Virus record (IMG/VR): IMGVR_UViG_3300046779_001164
Coordinates: 1 to 29,260 of that record
Direction: 5' to 3' (one strand)
Length of the DNA: 29,260 nucleotides
Source of the DNA: a virus
Taxonomy: Duplodnaviria > Caudoviricetes
Part shown: positions 22,006-29,260 of the stretch, piece by piece
How the letters are laid out: the number at the start of each line of letters is the position of its first letter
Position numbering within the stretch: position 1 is the stretch's first letter
Made by a program: the position numbers and the translations under genes
Notes under the pieces: model-generated
Database searches by the model: none
What the model was told of the DNA's origin: nothing
Seen by the model: the letters and a program-made list of their open reading frames with translations, nothing else

Positions 22006-23160
22006 ATGCTAGGCTCTTTGGGATTCTTTGCATCTAAGGGAATGACAACTGTCCCAGATCTTTCTGGACTAACAAAAACTCAAGCAGAGACGGCAATTGC
22101 CGCAGCCTACCTTACTGTAGGAACTGCAACTTCAGTCTCTACATCAACATTAGCTTTAAATAATACTATAGAGTCTCAGTCTATTCAATCTGGATCAGTT
22201 GTTGATTATGATACAGCCATAAACTTCGGCTACTATACATATGTTTCATCTCCATCACCTGCTCCAGTTGTTTGTACTGGAGCACAGAACGAAAGATTCC
22301 AAACAAATTGGTCTGGAAACTGTGTAAACGGAATTGAAGAAGGAACCTATATAATAGAAACTTGCTACAGCAATTGTCCATGCGTTACAAATACCTATAC
22401 AGAAACAAGATCCTGCGGTTCTGACCCATGTGTTTTTGCAAGTCAGCAAACATATCCAACAAATTGGTCTGGAAACTGTGTTGGTGGCGTAGAGTCTGGA
22501 ACTATAATTACAGAAGTTTCATATACCAACTGTCCATCTACAACTACTACCAGCTCCACTAGTAGAAGTTGCTCTACACCAACACCTACACCAGCCCCAT
22601 CACCACCTTCTAATCCACTATCTGGTCCTGCACCTTCGGCATTCCCACCAGGAACTCCAATTGCAGTTGCATGTATTGATCAAGACACTGAAATGATCAA
22701 GATTAGCGAAGATGGAAACAAAACCTATGTTTCTGCAAAGGAAATTCAGGTTGGAGACTATGTTCTTTCTATGAATTGGAATGAGCTTCTTGATCAAAAT
22801 ATGGGTAACTACATGAATGTCACGTCTACATCTCTTACAAATCCAGAACTTGCCCCAACAATGGTAGTTGCAAAATATGCTTATGAAAAAAATACAACCA
22901 TGTACTTTAATGGTGATATGTCTACCAGAATGTCACTAGAACAGCCTATTTTGGTGTTTAGAGATGATGTTTGGACTTGGGTGTCTTCAGGAGACGCCTA
23001 CGTAGGCGATATCATGGTCACCTATAACTCTGACGGATCAACATCTGAGACAGAGATTACTTCAGTAGATTACATATCTGAGCTAAGAGATGTCTACTCA
23101 TTTAACTGTGAAGATATTGACACCTTCTTTGCTGGAAATGTTCTAGTTCACAACAAATAA
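22006..23160 (+). CDS. PASTA-domain / Cys-rich repeat / Pro-rich linker / C-terminal Hint-domain protein
   Basis: VPDLSGLT...AE PASTA start; two TNWSGNCV repeats; Hint from Cys at 22672 (CIDQDT) to VYSFNCE...FFAGNVLVHNK*. Confidence 0.8.
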   Translation: MLGSLGFFASKGMTTVPDLSGLTKTQAETAIAAAYLTVGTATSVSTSTLALNNTIESQSIQSGSVVDYDTAINFGYYTYVSSPSPAPVVCTGAQNERFQTNWSGNCVNGIEEGTYIIETCYSNCPCVTNTYTETRSCGSDPCVFASQQTYPTNWSGNCVGGVESGTIITEVSYTNCPSTTTTSSTSRSCSTPTPTPAPSPPSNPLSGPAPSAFPPGTPIAVACIDQDTEMIKISEDGNKTYVSAKEIQVGDYVLSMNWNELLDQNMGNYMNVTSTSLTNPELAPTMVVAKYAYEKNTTMYFNGDMSTRMSLEQPILVFRDDVWTWVSSGDAYVGDIMVTYNSDGSTSETEITSVDYISELRDVYSFNCEDIDTFFAGNVLVHNK

Positions 23161-23201
23161 TCTATATGATATAATTTTTATCTAAAGAGATAGAGAATTT
23201 T

Positions 23202-23435
23202 ATGTCAGGTAAAATAAAAAAAATAATAACAAACCCAGATAACGAAGTTAGACCTTGGGATCTTCTTAATCCACAGGAGCCGCAGGCATCGGAGGATCTT
23301 GCGAATGAAAGATTTGATATTTGCAAAGGATGTCCAGAACTAATAAAGCTTACAAAACAATGTAAGAAATGTGGATGCTTTATGGCCTTAAAAACAAAAT
23401 TAGAAAATGCAACTTGTCCATTAGGAAAGTGGTAA
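23202..23435 (+). CDS. Cys-rich protein (DUF6171-like), paralog of 16528..16746
   Basis: ICKGCP...QCKKCGCFM.LK......CPLGKW. Confidence 0.8.
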   Translation: MSGKIKKIITNPDNEVRPWDLLNPQEPQASEDLANERFDICKGCPELIKLTKQCKKCGCFMALKTKLENATCPLGKW

Positions 23436-23436
23436 T

Positions 23437-24036
23437 ATGACAATAAAAGAGCTAGCTCCAGGAATAGTTGTTTTTGAAAATGTTATAAAGAATCATGAGT
23501 CACTAGTTAATGATATTGAAGACTCAGTTGCTGCAAATGTTATAGGTTGGTCTCAGGCTTACGTAATAAATGGAACCAATGAGTCTGTAATTGACACTAA
23601 TACCAGAAATACTCAGTCTATATCAGTATCTTATTCAGAAAATCCAACTGAAAATCTTTTAAGTCCATTATCCTCATTTGATAGCACACTTAGTAAAATT
23701 TTTTATGACTCCTTTAATCCACTAGAAAAAGAATACTGTAGCCACTATAATTTTGAGGTATACAAGCATGAGGTATACTCTATTCTTAAATATGGCATAG
23801 GTCAAAAATTTACAAACCATATAGATAATCATAGAAATTACCCAAGAACAGTCTCCCTGGTATATTACATAAACGAAAATTATTCTGGCGGAGAAATAAA
23901 TTTCCCTAGATTTGGAATAACCTATAAGCCAAAAGCAAATGAACTATTGATGTTTCCATCCAACTATGTTTATAATCATTCAGTATCTGAAGTAACTGAT
24001 GGCTTTAGATATGCAGTAGTAAGTTGGGCAAGATAG
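23437..24036 (+). CDS. 2OG-Fe(II) oxygenase (prolyl 4-hydroxylase-like)
   Basis: LKY..GQ.F..HID...YINENYSGGEI.F...FPS..Y.HSV.EV..G.RY. Confidence 0.9.
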   Translation: MTIKELAPGIVVFENVIKNHESLVNDIEDSVAANVIGWSQAYVINGTNESVIDTNTRNTQSISVSYSENPTENLLSPLSSFDSTLSKIFYDSFNPLEKEYCSHYNFEVYKHEVYSILKYGIGQKFTNHIDNHRNYPRTVSLVYYINENYSGGEINFPRFGITYKPKANELLMFPSNYVYNHSVSEVTDGFRYAVVSWAR

Positions 24037-24037
24037 T

Positions 24038-24601
24038 ATGGTGATGGTAAAAGATCCACAAGTGGTGAACGATTTGTTTTTGCCAGAAGATTTTTTATCC
24101 TTAAAAGATTTATTTAAAAACTATAAAACATTTTATTATGATCAATGGTTTTCAAGATATACAGTGGATGACAATCAACTACCAGAATTTAAAAAGTATG
24201 TTGAGCTGGCAACAGAAAAAGCCAAGGTAGCGTTCAATAGTCAAACACTAATGCCAACTTATGCATTGTTTGCACATTATGAGGGACCAAATGCCAAACT
24301 ACACAAACATATAGACGATAATGCATGCACATATACTCTAGACATGTGTGTTTATAGAAAAATACCCTGGGACCTATACGTAGAGAATAAGCCATATGAC
24401 TTAGAACCAAATTCAGCTTTAGCATATTTTGGAAATGACCAGCTTCACTGGAGAGAAACATTTCCAGATAAACACAATAATCATTTAGCCATGATATTCT
24501 TTCATTTTGCTGAACCAGACCACTGGTACTTTACAAAAGGCCCCTCATACCTTTCAGTAATAAGGGGCCAAATGACAGAAGATCAGTGGAACTCTTTATA
24601 G
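24038..24601 (+). CDS. 2OG-Fe(II) oxygenase-like protein
   Basis: Y.G...L.KHID..AC...W.LY...Y.G....HWRE...FFHF. Confidence 0.75.
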   Translation: MVMVKDPQVVNDLFLPEDFLSLKDLFKNYKTFYYDQWFSRYTVDDNQLPEFKKYVELATEKAKVAFNSQTLMPTYALFAHYEGPNAKLHKHIDDNACTYTLDMCVYRKIPWDLYVENKPYDLEPNSALAYFGNDQLHWRETFPDKHNNHLAMIFFHFAEPDHWYFTKGPSYLSVIRGQMTEDQWNSL

Positions 24602-25168
24602 AGTCTCAATCATTCTTCTATAGCTTACTTTAGAATATTCTCCACCAAAAGTTTTTATATTTTCAATTCTTGTCAAGTGTCCGTGCTTTGGGGCATGAAT
24701 CATTTCACCATTGCCAATATAGATACCAACATGATAAGCCTGCTTAGATCCATTGTATTTAAATACAACTAAGTCTCCAGGCTTTGGGTCATTTGTTTTC
24801 TGCCCAGAATCATCTTGTACAGATGCTCTGTGCTCTAGAGTAATTCCAAGTTGTTCATAAAACCACAAGGTCAGACCTGAGCAGTCCCATCCAGAAGGGG
24901 TGGCACCAGAAAACACATACCAGGTTTTGTTAACATGGGCTGACAATTTATCAATTGCCTTGTCAACACGGATCTTGTTTTCTCTAAGCTTTTCCATTCT
25001 AGCTTCATTTATAGCATCTTGTGCTTTTATTTCTAGTCTTTGCAATGTAGCTACTGATACGTGATTACCACGCTCTGGTCTTTGGGGTTGTTCTACTGAC
25101 GATGCAGCACCTAGACCTCCAGAAGTTAAAGCAAATACTGTAGTTCCTATAAGTAATAAATCTTTCAT
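24596..25168 (-). CDS. NlpC/P60 family peptidoglycan endopeptidase with signal peptide
   Basis: YVFSGATPSGWDCSGL, PGDLVVF, HVGIYIGNGEMIHA; AAGGAGG Shine-Dalgarno. Confidence 0.92.
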   Translation of the reverse strand: MKDLLLIGTTVFALTSGGLGAASSVEQPQRPERGNHVSVATLQRLEIKAQDAINEARMEKLRENKIRVDKAIDKLSAHVNKTWYVFSGATPSGWDCSGLTLWFYEQLGITLEHRASVQDDSGQKTNDPKPGDLVVFKYNGSKQAYHVGIYIGNGEMIHAPKHGHLTRIENIKTFGGEYSKVSYRRMIETL

Positions 25169-25238
25169 TACTACCTCCTTTTTATTCTTTTCGTTGTTAC
25201 AGTACTAAGGTTCTAGTACCTTGGCGACAATATTTTTA

Positions 25239-25316
25239 TTAGTGCGATAGCAATAAAATTGTCTGTTGTTGAGAGTTAGTCACGATTTCAACATTGTTGT
25301 CACTTTGTTTAGTCAT
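25239..25316 (-). CDS. upstream leader ORF (25 aa) of NlpC/P60 transcript
   Basis: AAGGAGG-ATG; MTKQSDNNVEIVTNSQQQTILLLSH*. Confidence 0.5.
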   Translation of the reverse strand: MTKQSDNNVEIVTNSQQQTILLLSH

Positions 25317-25362
25317 TTGTCCTCCTTAGAACAAAAACTTCCATTTCTGGAAGTTACATACA

Positions 25363-25410
25363 ATTATACCAGTTTTTTACCTCATGTTCAACTTCTTTGC
25401 GTGGTATAAT
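25363..25410. promoter_or_regulatory. divergent extended -10 promoters
   Basis: TGGTATAAT on minus strand (25363-25371) and plus strand (25402-25410, 6 nt before ATG 25417). Confidence 0.75.
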
Positions 25411-25416
25411 TATTAA

Positions 25417-25920
25417 ATGGCAACAGGACAATCAGATTCTTACGATTTACCATACCCACTAGCAGAAGATAATGTTAATGTGCATGGCGACATTAAGCAA
25501 CTAGTTGAAAAACTAGAGGCGGTGTTGCCATTGGCATCGTACTCACAGGTAAATGTTTTAAACAACAGCGGAGTTACACTGAATGCTGGCGATCCAGTTT
25601 ATGTAACTGGCTTTACCACCGCTACTACAGTTGCCAAAGCTGTACATGAAACTACTGCCCCAATTCTTGGACTTGTAAAGGCCACTATTTTAAATGATGC
25701 CAGCGGAATAGTTGTTGTGTCTGGAGTTATTCAAAATATCAATACTTCTGGATATGCTGCAGGAGACATTCTATATTCTGGCGAAAACGGCGGACTGACC
25801 AATGAGTTGCATCATGGTGGTGCCGTTGGAGTTGTAGTTTATGCAGCAGAAAATGGAATTGTTTCTGTTGATGCAAAGGGGAATGGAACTTGGGGGGCAC
25901 TAAAAGCTGGACTAAGCTAA
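25417..25920 (+). CDS. putative structural protein (fibre/cement-like domain)
   Basis: GDPVYVTG...LGL...G.VVVSGVI.NINTS...GDILY. Confidence 0.75.
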   Translation: MATGQSDSYDLPYPLAEDNVNVHGDIKQLVEKLEAVLPLASYSQVNVLNNSGVTLNAGDPVYVTGFTTATTVAKAVHETTAPILGLVKATILNDASGIVVVSGVIQNINTSGYAAGDILYSGENGGLTNELHHGGAVGVVVYAAENGIVSVDAKGNGTWGALKAGLS

Positions 25921-25938
25921 TAGTGATATAATTATAAA

Positions 25939-26325
25939 ATGGCTAGAGGATATAGCGTTGGCAACGTACCGCCACAGGTAGCATGGACAGTAGTTCGTGG
26001 AGACACTGCAGCATTTAAGGTGTATGTAACTGACGACTCAAAGGCAGCACTTACAATATCTGAGTGGACCATATCCATGAAAGTTAAGCGTCCAAACTTG
26101 GCTAAAAATCTTGGCATAATTACAGACGATGCCACACTAGTATTAACTCTTACACCAGCACCAGACGACAATGACCTTGCTGGAGAATTCACAGTATCTT
26201 TGGCATCAGATGAGTCAGAGCTTTTAGAGACTGGCGACATCTTTGATATTCAGCTAAGTCAGCCAGGAACTGTTTGGACAGTTGCTCAGGGCAAGATAGT
26301 TGTTATCGAAGATGTGACAGACTAA
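25939..26325 (+). CDS. virion accessory protein, BppU N-terminal-like
   Basis: WTVVRGDT...FDIQL...VWTVAQG.I.VIEDVT; leaderless TGATATAAT. Confidence 0.75.
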   Translation: MARGYSVGNVPPQVAWTVVRGDTAAFKVYVTDDSKAALTISEWTISMKVKRPNLAKNLGIITDDATLVLTLTPAPDDNDLAGEFTVSLASDESELLETGDIFDIQLSQPGTVWTVAQGKIVVIEDVTD

Positions 26326-26549
26326 TGGCTAAAGCAGTTATATCTAGCAAGCCAAAGCACATAACTAAGTCTATTAAGCCAGCAGACTTTTCAAATTCTA
26401 AGATTACCTATAAAAAGGGTAACGTCAAGATAAACCAAACACTGCCATTTAAAGTTAAGTTCATCAATATTGGACTACAAACATATGGCCGTGGCAATGC
26501 AGCCCCAATTGGTATTGCTGTAATTGGTGTAAATAACTACGTTATGTAA
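26325..26549 (+). CDS. hypothetical protein
   Basis: Start MAKAVI at 26325 (TAATG coupling). Confidence 0.7.
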   Translation: MAKAVISSKPKHITKSIKPADFSNSKITYKKGNVKINQTLPFKVKFINIGLQTYGRGNAAPIGIAVIGVNNYVM

Positions 26550-26580
26550 TTATCTAAATAAATACTGATATAATTAGTAT

Positions 26581-27027
26581 ATGTCTAGAACAACCCTTCC
26601 TTATGTAAAGACCAGATTTGAAACTGGTGACAAGCCTGAAGAACAGGATTATGTAGATCTTATTGATACTACATCTGCCCAATCAACTGATCTGGGTACC
26701 TTTGGTAATAATGAAAACACTATTGCTGGAATCGAGAATCCAACAGTCGTTGATTCATTCGATGCAACTGTATGGCGTATGGTTAAGTACCTGGTGTCTA
26801 TCTCAAAGACATCTAATGGGGATAACCTGTTCTATGCAACCGAACTTACCGTACTTGTAGATGGAACTGACGTATCAGTTTCTGAGTACGGAACAATTGA
26901 CAATGATGGGAATATTGGCACCGTTAGCGTCTCTAGATCTGGAAGCACTGTTGCTTTAACAGTTACCCCAGATTCAAACATCAAGCCTATTACCGTACGA
27001 TTTGCTCGTATCGGTCTTAAGGCTTAA
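26581..27027 (+). CDS. putative tail fibre-associated protein
   Basis: FETGDKP...YVDLID N-terminus; C-terminal domain homologous to C-terminus of 27047..28618. Confidence 0.8.
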   Translation: MSRTTLPYVKTRFETGDKPEEQDYVDLIDTTSAQSTDLGTFGNNENTIAGIENPTVVDSFDATVWRMVKYLVSISKTSNGDNLFYATELTVLVDGTDVSVSEYGTIDNDGNIGTVSVSRSGSTVALTVTPDSNIKPITVRFARIGLKA

Positions 27028-27046
27028 TTAACCCTAGGAGATAAAA

Positions 27047-28618
27047 ATGGCAACAGTAAACAAAGACTTTAAGATTAAATCAGGTCTTATTGTAGAAGGT
27101 ACTTCAGGTACCATTAATGGATACGACATCCTTACTCAGGATCAAGCATCTACAGACTTCATTATCGGCGTAATTGGTGGAGAAACCCTAATTACCTCAG
27201 TTGAGGCAACACAGCTAGAAGTTGTTAGCGGAGAGCTAAACGTTAAGGCTGGCGTATTTGATGCAGCTGGTGCTGCAGACGCTGCCGAAACAGCAGCAAA
27301 TCTATATACAGACGGCGAAATCACTACAGCTCTTCAAACAGCACAGGGTTACGCAGATACAGCAGAAGCTGACGCAAAGTCATATGCAGATGGTCTAGCT
27401 GTAAACTACGACGCAGCAGGTGCTGCTACCACAGCAGAAAACAATGCAAAGTCTTATGCAGATGGCCTAGCTACTAACTACGACGCAGCAGGTGCTGCTA
27501 CCACAGCAGAAAACAACGCAAAGGCATATGCAGACGGACTTGCAGTTAATTATGATGCAGCTGGAGCAGCCGCCACGGCAGAAAGCAATGCTATAACTTC
27601 TGCAAACGGATACACTGACACAGCAGTTGCAAACCTTGTAGATTCAGCTCCAGCTCTTCTAGACACTCTAAACGAGCTTGCAGCAGCCATTAACGATGAC
27701 GCAAACTTTGCATCAACAATCGGGACATCAATTGGCGAGAAGGTAGCTAAGTCTGGCGACACCATGACTGGTGAGCTTGTTCTTGCAGCAGACCCAACAC
27801 AGGCTCTAGCAGCAGCAACTAAGCAGTATGCAGACTCAGTAGCATCAGGTGCCTACAATGATGCAATTGCAACAGCATCATCTGATGCAACTACCAAGGC
27901 AAACGCTGCCGAGCAGAATGCAAAGGACTATGCAGATGGTCTTGCAGTTAACTATGACGCAGCAGGAGCAGCATCAACAGCTGAAACTAATGCAAACACT
28001 TACACAGATAACTCAATCAACGCACTAGATACAGATGATATAGAAGAGGGTGTAACAAATCTTTACCACACTACCTCACGTGCAAAGTCTGCTGCAGCCG
28101 ACCTACTAACTGGAGCAACACTTACCAACATCACCATTACTGGAGACGGTTCAGGTCTAACCATTACCGCAGAGAACGGAGTCGATGACTCGACTACCGA
28201 TGATCTAGCTGAAGGTGGAAATAACCTTTACTTCACAGACGCACGTGCAATTGATGCAGTGTCTAACGCAGATATCTATCCAAACGCAGTTATCATCGAT
28301 AACGTTGCTAAGCAGGTAGCATCTCAGATCACTGCAGTGACAGCAGGAATCCAGGTTGGACACGCATTTGCTAAGGCAGATTACCGTTCAGCAGAATTCC
28401 TGGTTAAGGTTGCTTACGGAACCCACACTGAGATTTCAAAGGTCTTGCTGACCCTAGACACCTCAGACAACATCGCAATCACTGAGTATGGAATTGTTGG
28501 AACCAATGGTTCGGCATCAACAATCTCTGCAGATATTTCAGGAACAGATGTAAGACTACTAGTAACAACTGCTAACAATAACTCTACAGTTACTGTTATC
28601 GGAACACTACTTATTTAA
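27047..28618 (+). CDS. tail fibre protein with Ala-rich ~22-aa repeats
   Basis: NAKSYADGLAVNYDAAGAATTAE repeats, LDTLNELAAAI, TDDL.EG..NLYFT motifs. Confidence 0.85.
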   Translation: MATVNKDFKIKSGLIVEGTSGTINGYDILTQDQASTDFIIGVIGGETLITSVEATQLEVVSGELNVKAGVFDAAGAADAAETAANLYTDGEITTALQTAQGYADTAEADAKSYADGLAVNYDAAGAATTAENNAKSYADGLATNYDAAGAATTAENNAKAYADGLAVNYDAAGAAATAESNAITSANGYTDTAVANLVDSAPALLDTLNELAAAINDDANFASTIGTSIGEKVAKSGDTMTGELVLAADPTQALAAATKQYADSVASGAYNDAIATASSDATTKANAAEQNAKDYADGLAVNYDAAGAASTAETNANTYTDNSINALDTDDIEEGVTNLYHTTSRAKSAAADLLTGATLTNITITGDGSGLTITAENGVDDSTTDDLAEGGNNLYFTDARAIDAVSNADIYPNAVIIDNVAKQVASQITAVTAGIQVGHAFAKADYRSAEFLVKVAYGTHTEISKVLLTLDTSDNIAITEYGIVGTNGSASTISADISGTDVRLLVTTANNNSTVTVIGTLLI

Positions 28619-28635
28619 TTGAAATAAAGGTTTCT

Positions 28636-28660
28636 TGGGGGGTTCCTTAAAAACCCCCCA
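28636..28660 (+). terminator. GC-rich hairpin
   Basis: TGGGGGGTT-7-AACCCCCCA after stop; no downstream U-tract. Confidence 0.55.
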
Positions 28661-28684
28661 CACTAAGATTTAGAGGAGAAGCAT

Positions 28685-29134
28685 ATGGCAACAGTCGAAA
28701 AAGACTTTAAGGTCAAGAATGGACTACTAGTCTCAAATGGCGGTAGTTTTGGAGGAACCGTAGTCGTTTCCGACCCAACAGAATCAACACACGCTGCAAC
28801 CAAAGCATATGTTGATTCAATGGCAACAACCGCTGGAGCCACAGCTCCATCCTCACCAATTAATGGAACCCAATGGTTTGATTCATCAATCAGCAGACTA
28901 AAAGTTTACTATGATGGATCTTGGTATGTAATGGCATCATATGAAGATGCACAAAACATCCCTCAGCACATCCACGATACATCAATCGGCGGAAGCGGAC
29001 TAATCGTTAGCTACTTTACCGAAGGTGGAGGCTCTAATGATACCCCGATCAACGCACTTGATGGTGGTGGACCAGAAACAACAGAATGGCAATTGGTTCT
29101 TGACGGCGGTAATGCCGAAAGCAATTTTGCATAA
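28685..29134 (+). CDS. putative tail fibre-associated protein
   Basis: N-terminus MATVEKDFKVKNGL paralogous to 27047; AATKAYVD. Confidence 0.8.
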   Translation: MATVEKDFKVKNGLLVSNGGSFGGTVVVSDPTESTHAATKAYVDSMATTAGATAPSSPINGTQWFDSSISRLKVYYDGSWYVMASYEDAQNIPQHIHDTSIGGSGLIVSYFTEGGGSNDTPINALDGGGPETTEWQLVLDGGNAESNFA

Positions 29135-29196
29135 AAACTAATGTTATAATTAGTAATAGATACTTGGGTTAACCCCACCAATTAGGAGATAATTAC

Positions 29197-29260
29197 ATGG
29201 CAACAAGAATGCAGCAACGCAGAGGAACTGCGGCTCAGTGGACATCAGCAGACCCAATCT
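29197..29260 (+). CDS. tail fibre protein, Mtd/hyaluronidase-type N-terminus (partial)
   Basis: MATRMQQRRGTAAQWTSADPI; AGGAG Shine-Dalgarno. Confidence 0.75.
   Translation, partial: MATRMQQRRGTAAQWTSADPI

Noticed and set aside
22672-23160. Canonical splicing intein
   Set aside because: The Hint domain is C-terminal and followed only by Lys-stop, with no Cys/Ser/Thr +1 residue and no endonuclease domain.
25169-25360. c-di-AMP (ydaO) riboswitch upstream of NlpC/P60
   Set aside because: I could not see the conserved GCUGAA/GGGGGA-type elements; the leader is AT-rich and contains a uORF.
686-27765. Antisense and overlapping ORFs in the track (e.g. 686..946, 5557..5748, 6126..6527, 9392..9661, 13973..14251, 17476..17814, 23162..23443, 25932..26240, 27550..27765)
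   Set aside because: Shadows of better-supported genes on the opposite strand, without RBS, promoter or protein-like composition.
27370-27990. 66-nt tandem repeats as a DGR template/variable repeat or non-coding array
   Set aside because: In-frame coding repeats of a fibre protein with mostly synonymous differences; no reverse transcriptase in the window.
1-29260. tRNA, rRNA or transposase genes
   Set aside because: No cloverleaf with T-loop consensus, rRNA-like segment or transposase motif recognised by eye; tRNAscan-SE would be needed to exclude tRNAs fully.

Overview
Segment of a large tailed phage genome. An actinobacterial host (plausibly freshwater) is inferred from leaderless extended -10 promoters, WhiA-type GACACGCC boxes, a PASTA domain and actinophage-like small proteins. 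Layout: 1-2.7 kb, a rightward run of small hypothetical genes. About 2.8-15.2 kb, a leftward 'early/host-takeover'-type region of about 40 tiny genes (plus a sulfotransferase-like protein, DUF932 and an HNH protein) with more than 20 promoters. About 15.3-17.2 kb, small divergent/convergent genes. 17.5-29.3 kb, a rightward tail/fibre/baseplate accessory module with a PASTA-Cys-repeat-Hint protein, two 2OG-Fe(II) oxygenases and an oppositely oriented NlpC/P60 hydrolase. The most striking unexplained signal is non-coding. The early region is divided into gene modules by nine composite sites built on a ~50-bp dyad, TTGAC-N15/16-GGYCGRCC-N15-17-GTCAA. Each is preceded by a bipartite TTTYGGGGA..TCKTAA motif, and together they hold almost all GATC sites of an otherwise GATC-poor 10.7-kb stretch. 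Two copies have tandem DnaA boxes in place of one arm. Other signals: three covarying 28-nt 3'-UTR pseudoknots, a 15-member promoter class WTGTC-N12-TANNNT, a candidate anti-Shine-Dalgarno small RNA, DnaA-box clusters and a long-range inverted repeat bracketing the early region. All motif counts are from manual reading; no searches were run.
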